A DNA stretch of 64,000 nucleotides from Octopus sinensis (lineage: Eukaryota): contig NC_043011.1 in the NCBI RefSeq assembly GCF_006345805.1, positions 62,198,464-62,262,463 on the forward strand, read 5' to 3'. Shown here piece by piece: positions 53,467-64,000 of the stretch. Made by a program: the position numbers and the translations under genes. Every line of letters begins with the position of its first letter. Positions within the stretch are counted from its first letter, which is position 1. Under the pieces are notes generated by a model. The model was not told the DNA's origin. It did no database searches and worked only from the letters and a program-made list of their open reading frames with translations.

Positions 53467-53885
53467 TATATATATATTTATATAAAATAAGCGTGTGAGT
53501 TACGATAGAAAGCTTTTTCTTATAGGTCTACTAAACAACATAATGCTACAAATAATGCCCGAAATGGTTGCACTTCCGGTGTCACCTTAAATTATATTCT
53601 CCTTCATCCACCATTAAATGTAGTGCTGCAATAGAGATGGATAGATAGATAAAGATAGACAGATAGATCGAGACAAAGGGAGGGAGAGAGAGAGGAGGTG
53701 GGGAGGAGGCATTTTGATGGAAGTCAAGCCAATGGAGATGCAGATAGGATTTCTGTTGGTTATGGCATTTTCCGTTGGTGAGCTACACTTTCAAGAGGAT
53801 GTCGTAATCCAGATTTTTCTGCCAGAATCCAACTTTTAGCATGAAACACCACATAAGTAAGCAAATACTATATATATATATATAT

Positions 53886-53940
<55 letters not shown>

Positions 53941-53943
<3 letters not shown>

Positions 53944-56873
53944 AATCCTTAAATCCTTAAAAATGTTTTAGCCCGAAGGCCGCGGCCATGCTGGGGCACC
54001 ACCGCTGAATGAGCTACACTAGTTGTGGAATCCACCTCTGATACGTGGCACTTGATCAACAAGGGAGTTCGATGCTGCTGCCCGCATCCGTGTCTCTGTC
54101 GTGAGGTAGGTTCATCTGGGACTCCCAACAAGAAGAGATCCAGTTTAGTTTTAAAGAAACCCACATCCACACCATGTAAGTCTCTCAGGCATTTAGGGAG
54201 GATGTTAAAGAGCTGTGGTCCTCTGAAACCCAAGCTGTTGCAGTATCTGGACCTGTATTTTGATGGTGATGTTGGAATCCTTGGCACCACGCAGCGGCGC
54301 CCCGTTCTGCGGTTGGAGTAACTTTGAATGCCAAAGTTTGGGACAAGACCCTCCAGGATTTTCCAGATGTATATCACTGCATATCTCTCCCGCCTCCGCT
54401 CCAGGGAGAAGAGGTTTAATACCTTCAGTCTTTCCCAGTAGCTGACATTTTGCATTGAGACGATTTTCTTTGTGTAGCTTCTCTGAGTTGCTTCGAGTTC
54501 TGCTGTTTGTTTTATATTGTGTGGTGACCAAAGTTGGGAGCAGTAGTCCAAGCGGCTGAGGACAAATGTTTTCCATAGGACCATCAGTGTCTCCTTCTCT
54601 CTTGTTCTGAAAGTTCGGAGAATCCATCCAGCTAGCCGTCTGCTTTTATCACCAGATTAGCAATATGCATTTGGAAAGATGCATCATTGCTCATGTCAAT
54701 GCCCAGGTCACGCACTGATTTTGACTCAGGGATTGCAATTTTCCTGGGCCAGTGTATCCAGTCTTCACGTCATTTACCTTGTGTGCCAGTAGCGCAGGGC
54801 CTGGAACTTACCTGCATTAAACTGCATGTTGTTGTCCTCAGCCCACCTGTATATTGTGTCCAGCTCATGTTGCAGATGCGCAATATTTTCAGGGTTTTGT
54901 ATTGCGTGGAGACTTTTGTGTCATCTGCATAGCTAGCAAGGGTGGTCATCGTAACACTGAGGCATGTCTGAAAGGGCCACTATGAACATCAGTGGCTCCA
55001 AGACAGTGCCTGTGGACACCGCTTGTTATTTGCGTTTCCCTGGAGGTGGCTCCATTGCTCACAACTGCCTGTTTTCTGCTTTTAGGAAGTTGTGCAGCCA
55101 CTCTCCAAGTTTCCCGCCTATGCCGAGACCACGCAGTTTGTGACAGATCATACCATGGTCGACTTATCAAAGGCTTTTGCAAAGTCAAGATATATTACAT
55201 CCACATTTGAGCCATTTAGTAGCTGTTCAACACCCAGTCATAGTGTTGCAGGAGCTGTGATAGGCAGCCTCTACCTGGTCGAAATCCATGCTGGGTGTCA
55301 GACAGTAAGTCATTTTCTTCAAGGAACATGATTAGTTTCTTACGGACTATTCGTTCCATGACTTTGCTGATGTGTGAGGTCAGAGAGATAGGCCTATAAT
55401 TTTTAGCATCTGCTCTGCTACCTCCCTTATGGATAGGGCATATTACCCCCTCTTTCAGTTTGACTGGGAGGCTTACCACTTGCAAGAAAGCTCTGAAAAA
55501 GAAGCTGTAGCGGTTTTGCAAGGGCTCGTTTGCACGATTTGAGAAGGATCGCTGGGAATCCATCAGGTCCAGCAGCTGAGTTGTGTCAATCTCATCAATG
55601 GCTAGTGTGATATCATCTTCTTCGATGTTGATGTACTCAATTTTTGTCTCTTTGGTCGCTGGTAAAGTGGCAAAGATTCTTCTGGGTTGTTTACTTGCCT
55701 GTGTCCTAGAGGTGTAGTGAACACACTTTGGAACTGTTCATTCAGTATTTCACTTATCCTCGTGGGATTTCCTGTGAGAGAGCCATCTTTTTGGAAGAGA
55801 GGTCCTATTCTCTGGTGCACTGTGGCTGTCTCTTTGGCAAACTTAAAGAAAGCTTTAGGGTTTGATTTTATTTTCTATTACCCAAGCTTCTTTATCTGCT
55901 CTCTCCTTTCATGGGACTGATGTAGACTTTTCTCAGTTTCCATTAGCATTCTTCGAGCCGAGACTTCTCACCACTTTGGTGTGCTTGCTCAGGCGGTTTG
56001 CAATCCTTGTCCGTCGTCTCATAAGAATCCTCCTTTCTAGGGATCCTGTTTTTGTTCTTGTGTGTGCTGGCCCTGCACATTGGGACATATTTGTCACATA
56101 TGGCTTGTATATGGACATGAAGTGTTTGTGTTCATGTTTATGTCCGGTGTGGAGAGACATTCAGGCCAATCCTGTTTGAGGATCTCTTCTCAATCGACTT
56201 CCAGTTGGCTTTATGAAAGTTTAAGTTGGAGAGATGGTGGGTGCTTCGTATAGGCTGGTGTCTGCGGGGGCTTTTGTTCCATACATAGATAGCTCTATTA
56301 TGTTGTGATCCGAGATCATTGTCGGCATCACATTAACATTATGGATAATATCCATATTGTTTGTAAAGCAGAGATCCAGTATATTATCTGCCCTTGTTGG
56401 TTGCAGAACTATTTGCTCCATGAAAGAGGTATTTGTGAGATGGAGCAGGGACTCCACCTGTGCCTGCTGATGGTGTGTCATCCCTGGGAGCATCTGCCCC
56501 CCAGGCCATTCCACATTGGGGAGGTTAAAGTCACCATGAAGAATACACTGTTGTGCTGTTCAAGGTTGGTGAGGACTCCTCCTATTTTGTTAGGCAGTCT
56601 TCAAACATGCCTGAGTGTTTTGGGGCGTCTGGTGGGCGATATGTAGTGCATATGACGATATTCAGGTGTCTTATGTGTACAATTTGAGTTTCACATACTG
56701 AGTTTGAATATGACAGCAGGACCTGGGGCGTGAGGTCATCTTGGATGTACATTGCAACTCCACCATGGCTCCTCCCTTTTCTATCTGTGCGTATGACTGC
56801 ATATTGCGGCATGTGTATTTCTGCATCACCTATATCGGGTTCAAGATGCGTTTCTGTGAGTGCCATGGCATCT
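53941..56873 (-). mobile_element. CR1-type LINE, near-complete ORF2 (APE endonuclease + RT), 5'-truncated, disrupted
   Basis: APE motifs LTETHL, R.DR...GGVA.Y, YRPP, PTR..NILDL, SDH; RT motifs PIHKGG...NYRPISLTS, QHGFR, DFAKAFDKVDH, YADDT, SRLDYCSQLWSP; 3' tail (TTTAAGGA)n at ~53945-53965; several frameshifts split the ORF. Confidence 0.92.
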
Positions 56874-57110
56874 ATATATATACATATATATATATATATG
56901 TATATATATATAATGTATATATATATATATATATGTATGTATATATATATGTTATAATATATGTATATATATATGTAATATATATATATATATGTATATA
57001 TATATATTGTATATATGTATATATATATATATGTATATATATATGTATATATGTATATATATATGTATTATATATATATATGTATATAAATATGTACATA
57101 TTATATATAT

Positions 57111-57146
<36 letters not shown>

Positions 57147-57967
57147 AGTATATATACATATGCATACATATATATCTCTCTCTCTATATATATACATATA
57201 TATATATGTATATATGTATGCATCTATATATATATCCATTTATGTACATATGTGCATATATATAGACATATATGTATATATATGTATATATATGTATATA
57301 CATGTGCATATATAATGCATAATATATTTATACACACATATATTCATATGTATGTGTGTATATATGAATGCGTGTTTGTGAATATCTGTGCATGTGCACT
57401 TGTGTGGTGTGTGTGTGTGGTGTGTGTGTGTGTGGTGTGTGTGTGTGTGATCGTGTGTGTGTGTAGCAATAGAATCTAAGGAACGGAAATGATTCTGTTT
57501 TCTATTAACTGTGTGGAGATTCCTGGTCGCCTTCACCGGATATTGTCAAAGATAAAGACGGATATTACTGCCATTCAATTGTAAAACAGATCGATTTCTG
57601 ATTATTTTAACTTCTTTCACGAACATCGTTTCTTTCCTTTTCTTTTTCTCCTTTTTTTTTGTTCGTTTGTCAAGAATCAATGTCGCGATAATAAGAGACC
57701 AAAAGAGAGACGTGTAAAGTTTTGGCAAAGAATCAGACGTGCAGAAATCTCAAGAACAGAAATACAAAATAATTTCGAAAATGGCTAAAAAACTAAATAC
57801 TAATAAATAAATAAATAAACAAACGAAAAGCCACATGTGATGTCCAGTTTCTCGCTCTTTACTATTAATTGGTCAGTCTGTTTGTCTGAAAGACCACGGA
57901 CAGCCACGCTTATATCTATTGACCACACACACGTATATACACACACATATATATATATATATATATC

Positions 57968-58002
<35 letters not shown>

Positions 58003-58194
58003 TATATGTGTGTGTGTGTGTATGTATATGCGTATATATACATACATACACACATATATATATATGTATACATACATACACAATATATATATATGTATAC
58101 ATATATATACATATATATATATGATTGAAAATATTTACACATCGCCTGAGGAAACACGACTAGAATAATTTGATTAAGGTAAGGTGAATTTGAA

Positions 58195-58270
58195 GTCTTA
58201 CAGCCGTTTCTGGGATAACCCAAGTGGTTGGTAAGCATGTCCGTGCACTGGGTAGTCCGTCAGCAGAGAC
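58195..58270 (-). ncRNA. Degenerate hammerhead-like motif of the same family as 38682-38729
   Basis: gucu-CUGCUGA-[long imperfect stem II gga..cccagug/cacuuggguuaucc]-GAAA-CGGCUG-UA-agac; A6C core change. Confidence 0.45.
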
Positions 58271-58470
58271 AAGGTATGAATATTTTAGACGGAAAATTTA
58301 CAGTTTACAAGGAATAAAATTCACAGTTTATAAGGAATAAAATAGAAGAATAAAGAATAAAAGTAGTTAGAAGAATATAGGCAGGAGAATAATGTTCACA
58401 ACTTGTCTTTTTCCAGAAGATCTGGATATTGGTACTTCCATGAAGATAAATAGATAGATATATAACTGTA

Positions 58471-58747
58471 TAGGGTACAATTATACTTAAGGGCACAAAA
58501 GCTATTAAGCCTGTATGCTATAAAAATACGCCGAATACGTCCTACCACTTCAAATATTCACTCCAGAAATTGATCAATCCAAAGCAAACCGAATTGTTTT
58601 ATAAATTTTTAGCCAGCCTCCTTTTCCCGCTTTCAACCTGTGTAATTATTTGTGGAGTGAATGTTTGAAGTGGTAGGACATATTCGGCGGCTTCTTTCAG
58701 CATACAGGCATAATAGCTTTTGTGCCCTTAAGTATAATTGCACCCTA
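58471..58747. mobile_element. Tc1/mariner-type MITE with ~100-bp TIRs and TA target duplication
   Basis: TA|TAGGGTACAATTATACTTAAGGGCACAAAAGC...GCTTTTGTGCCCTTAAGTATAATTGCACCCTA|TA. Confidence 0.8.
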
Positions 58748-59031
58748 TACAATTATTTATCTATATAAATGTATTTTACCTAAAAGGTTTTTATATGCTG
58801 GCTACCGATAAAATTCATTAATATATATATTCCTTCTTTTTTGGAGTTTTCCCTTTCTTCATTCGGACGAAGAGTTTTGCTCGAAACGTTAAAGTCTCTC
58901 TCCTTTCACCGAGCGTCAAACTAATATAATTCTCGTGCAAATCCTCATGTTCATTTTTTTGTTTTCATTTTTCGTTTTCTGAATTGTTTGTTCATTGAAT
59001 TGACTCTACGTAAACACACACGCACACACAA

Positions 59032-59070
<39 letters not shown>

Positions 59071-60994
59071 AGCACACATATACTCACATACATACATACA
59101 TACATACATACATACATACATACATACATACAACGCACATACAAGTCTAGAATAGTTAGGGTGAAGGATTGTGTGGCATTTTATTAGATTAGAAACCTGG
59201 CAACGATTTCCGTTTCTCATTTCTCCGCGTGCCCTGAGAAAGGGGTCACAACCCCGAAATATTACAATGAAACGCAAAACTTTATCTGTCGTTTCTTGTA
59301 AGGGGCATGGGAGTAGATTCCTCAGACACCTTCCACTAAGGTGATTTATCAGAGGCAACCGTCATTACACTCTTCCGTTGGATTTCCAATCGTGACCTGC
59401 TGAAAATAAGGATATTTAACCGTCTCGTTCTAGGTCTATCCCGTGGTCCCCTACCGGTTGTTCGTAGTGCCAGAGCTGTGACCACACAATGAGGAAAAGT
59501 AATAAGGCGGTGAGCTGGCAGAAACGTTAGCACGCCGGGCGAAATACTTAGCCGTATTTCGTCTGTTTTTATGTTCTGAGTTCAAATTCCGCCGAGGTCA
59601 ACTTTGTCTTTCAACCTTTCAGGGTCGATAAATTAAGTACCGGTTGCGTACTGGGATCGATCTAATCGACTAGAACCCTCTCACCAAATTTCGGGCCTTG
59701 TACCTAGAGTAGAAAAGAATGAGAAAAAGTAGTGGCTCGACATGAAGAGGTTTCCATATCTTACAGATACGCACCCTGTCAAGTAATCTTACTCCAGAGA
59801 TTCTTTGGTGGAACCCCATTTCAGGGGCCGGTATTCATGATTGCGCTCTTTTGGGTGATTATCGAATATTTACGGCACGAAAACCGAACAAAAGATAGCA
59901 AGTTTGGAACTAATCCTCTCTTCGTAATCTCCTCCCAGAGAAGACCTAAACATATACGTTGACGGTGCCGCACAATGAAATTGAAGCAAGAACCACGCGA
60001 TTTCGAATAATTCTCTCAAAAGTAATGCTCATTTATTTACATTGTCTAGAATTAGTCTTGCATTAATCTCATAGCTTTAAAATTTCAACGAACGCGATTG
60101 TTTATTTTTAGAATGACATTGTGGAGTATGTGTGAGAGGCCAAATCTGGCAGATTTGAACATTAAAAACAGCTACAATATTGGGCAGGATATGGTCAGTT
60201 TAAATGCCAAAGCGTTAAACCTATGTTTCTGATAGAGAATCATGGAACCAAAATCTTCGAAGTGTCACGCAAAATCCAACGCATGAAATATTTCATTGAA
60301 GTCGTTCGTAACAGAGAGTTGAAAGGATTTCATTTGGCCGGTCAGAATGTCCAAGGGTGATGTCCTGTTAATAGCTTCGTGTCATCTTCACGGTTTAGGT
60401 ACTTACATTTCCTTCACTTGAGACATCACAGCTATGTTCGCAGCTATGTTGTAAACAGTAGAAGTGTCGAGAATTAAATGAGTGCTTCTTTCGCCTTTGG
60501 CTTGGAATTTGAAATCTCTCTCGTGTAACACTTAGAGAAGGATGATCTCTGTATTACTTAGAAACACCTTTTCTCTCTTTCTCTGTGTGCATGTGCATAC
60601 ATACATACATGCCAGCATACATACATATATACATACATTCATGAAAGCATACATACATATATACATACATACATACATACATACATGCATACATACATAC
60701 ATACATATATATATGCATGCATAAGGCGGCGTGCCGGCTGAATCGTTAGCGCGCCGGGCGAAATGCTTAGCAGTATTTCGTCTGCCGTTACGTTCTGAGT
60801 TCAAATTCCGTCGCGGTCGACTTTGCCTTTCATCCTTTCGGAGTCCAATAAATAAGTACCAGTTACGCGCTGGGGTCGATGTAATCAATTTAATCCCTTT
60901 GTTTGTTCTTGTTTGTCCCTCTGTGTTTAGCCTCCTGTGGGCAATAAAGGAATATATATACATGCATATATACATACACACGCATATATGTATG

Positions 60995-61064
<70 letters not shown>

Positions 61065-61098
61065 CAAATGAATAAATAAGTATGTATATATGTATATA

Positions 61099-61323
61099 AA
61101 GGCGGTGAGCTGGCAGAAACGTTAGTACGCCGGGCGAAATGCTTTGTGGTATATCGTCTACCGCTACGCTCTGAGTTCAAATTCCGCCGAGGTCGACTTT
61201 GCCTTTCATCCTTTTGGGGTCGATTAAATAAGTACCAGTTACGCACTGGGGTCGATATAAACGACTTAATCCGTTTGTCTGTCCTCTCTGTGTTTAGCCC
61301 CTTGTGGGTAGTAAAGAAATAAG
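61099..61323 (+). mobile_element. SINE family A (tRNA-related head, central CCTTTCATCCTTTCGGGGTCGATAAATTAAGTACCAG domain), representative full copy
   Basis: A-box-like TGGCAGAAACGTTAG and B-box-like GAGTTCAAATTCC. Further copies at ~181-450(-), 10610-10710(+), 12488-12620(-), 32430-32580(-), 39154-39320(+), 39690-39830(-), 40870-41090(-), 45935-46450(-, tandem), 47570-47760(-), 47860-47935(+), 59505-59720(+), 60722-60945(+). The central domain resembles the Meta/Sauria-type SINE domain (from memory). Confidence 0.85.
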
Positions 61324-62625
61324 TATGTATATATGCATATATATATAGTGAAAAGGAGAAAGAAAAAAGAGTGAGAGATAAGTAGATGTATAAATACATC
61401 GGTATCGGCATAGATACACGCACGCACACACACACACGCTCACACGCACATATAGTTCAAGTTTATAGAAAACAATAGAGGAAACAGGTGTAGAAACAAC
61501 GAGCAGGTGTATAAATTTAACGCTCGAGAACAATAGAAAAGTCTTTTACGTTTCGAGCCTAGGCACTTCGACAGAAAATATTGAGAGGGAAAAATATAAC
61601 GGAGAGAGAATAAGAAAAAAAGGAGAGAGAAAAAATACGAAAACTTTCTTTAAGAAATATTTCTATAACTCAAATGGTAATGGAAACCAAAACTCAAAGA
61701 ATGTCTTCAGTAAAACCTTGAAATGCTGAATCAAAACTACTTGAAAGGAACTAGCGAGAGGGCGTTTAACCGAGAGCTTTTGGATGCAACCAGAAAAATC
61801 TCTCAAACGACATCCAAAAGTGTTCTATAAAGAAATACGATATTACATAAGCATTTTCATGTAAACTATTTCTGCGACCTCGCTCACTCCGGAAATTAAT
61901 GGACAAGTGGCTGAGTACTCCGCAAGCACCTGTACCCTTAATGTAGTCCTCAGAGAGATTCAGCGAGACACTGAATGCAAAATGGGTGGCTCTTTGAAAT
62001 ACAGGTACAACTCATTTTTGCTAGCTGAGTGGACTGGAGTAACGTGAGATAAAGTGTCTTGCTCAAGGACACAACTCATGACCTTTCGATTGTGAGTCGA
62101 ATCTTCTAACCACTAAGCCACGCGCCTTCCTGGAGGTTGAACTATTCCTGTTAGTTCACACACACACACATACACACGCACACACACACACACACATATA
62201 TTTGTGTGTATATGTGTGTCTGAGTATACACACGCGCGCTCGCACACAAACACGCAAACACATTTTTTCCTTTATTCTTTTATTTGTGTCAATCATCTGA
62301 CTTGCGCCACGCTGGAGCACCTCCTTGATATATATATAGCAAAAGAACGTGTTATAATTCTATTCCACAGCCACGCATATTTCCATTATCAGCTGCTCCA
62401 CGGATATCATTATGGTTTCGACACCTGAGCAGTACCATACAATATATACATATATAATATATATAAATACTTTTATTCTTTTACTTCTTTCATTCACAGT
62501 ACTTATTCTTTAGAAGCCTAGGACTTATTTTATCGGTCTGTTTTGCCGAACCGCTAAGTTATGGGGATATAAACACACCAACATCGGTTGTCAAGTGATG
62601 GCGCGGGGACAAACATAAACACTCG

Positions 62626-62683
<58 letters not shown>

Positions 62684-62752
62684 TATATATAATATATATA
62701 TATATACATACACACATATACATATATATATGTATATATATATGTATATATG

Positions 62753-62852
<100 letters not shown>

Positions 62853-64000
62853 TATATATATATATATATAATATATATATATATTATATATATATATATG
62901 GTGTATACATACACACAGACATATATATATACACGACGTGCTTCTTTCAGTTTCCGTCAACTAAATCCACTTACAAGGTTTTGGTCGGTCCGAGGCTACA
63001 GCAGAAGACATTTGCCCAAGGTGCTACGCAGTGGGACTGAACGCGGAAACATGTAGTTGGGGAAAAGCTTCTTACCTCACAGTCACGCCTGTGCAACATC
63101 CTTGTCCAAGAAGCGTTCACACCAAACGACATTTCCGTCAAAACTCAACCTCTTTGTCAATTTGTTGTTATTGGCAAAGTTGCTTCCTTAACAAATGGAC
63201 ATCATCGACAGAAAGACTTCCCGGTCAAACAACATCATCTTCGTCACAAAATCGATCCTCTTTCAATCAATATCGTTCTGAAAGCAAATTCATTCACTAA
63301 AATCACATTCCTAGTGAAATCCCGATCAATCATTGCAAACCGGTCAAGCCAATATTTTTGTCAAACCAGCATCCTGCTCTGAATATCATTTTCCTCAAAG
63401 CAGCGTCATTGACATGACAGTACCAGGGTCGACGTAATATCTTTACAAATACGTCTTTCTTAAACATGGCAAATGCCATCTTTCTGAAAGCAACGTCATT
63501 GACAACACTGAATCGTTTTCAATGCAATGTTGTTGCTAAAGTTACATCTTTGTACAAACTATTTTCTCTAAAGCAAAGTTATTGACAAGGCAGTATTGTT
63601 GACAACGTAAAACTTTTTTCAAATTAACATCATTGTCTGTACAGCATGTATTATCAAACCTATACGCGCTTATGAAAGCAATATCTTTGTCATATTAACA
63701 TCCATTTTTTTCCTTAACGTCTCTGTCTCCAAAGCCCCACAGCAATTTATATTCGTTGATGAAGATTGCATGTATTTTTACACAAATGCACACAGATAAA
63801 CACTCGTACATAAACACATAGGAACACATAAGCAGGGAATCCTCACAAATTCTTACGAAACACACAAATGTACACACATGCTCGAGTATTGACTCAGTTG
63901 TTATTACACATACATGTAAAACCTGATACGCACGTACGCACAGTAGTGTAGTATGTAACTCTTACGTAATAATTATTTCTAATATAGGCAGGAGTCCAAC

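Overview
AT-rich, microsatellite-saturated animal genomic DNA. The repeat families suggest an octopus/coleoid cephalopod; this is inference. The only host gene I can support is the 5' part of a CIR1 (corepressor interacting with RBPJ 1, Cir_N family) orthologue on the minus strand: coding exons 6118-6189, 2909-3003 and 713-791, all with GT-AG sites and matching phases, plus a promoter near 6450-6495. The gene continues beyond the left edge. In the ~57 kb upstream I recognise no host exons, only mobile-element debris: at least five SINE families, two CR1-type LINE copies, a CRE-like RLE retrotransposon, a Penelope GIY-YIG fragment, Tc1/mariner remnants, MITEs and long simple-repeat arrays. The most striking unexplained signal is about a dozen hammerhead-ribozyme or hammerhead-like motifs of the Penelope type, several in inverted pairs. 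They include a TSD-flanked fold-back element in CIR1 intron 2 that joins a tRNA-derived Pol III head to a hammerhead-bearing tail (1212-1667), and a near-canonical type I hammerhead at 35839-35919. Most ORFs in the supplied track are microsatellite translations. All alignments and folds were done by eye, so repeat boundaries are approximate.
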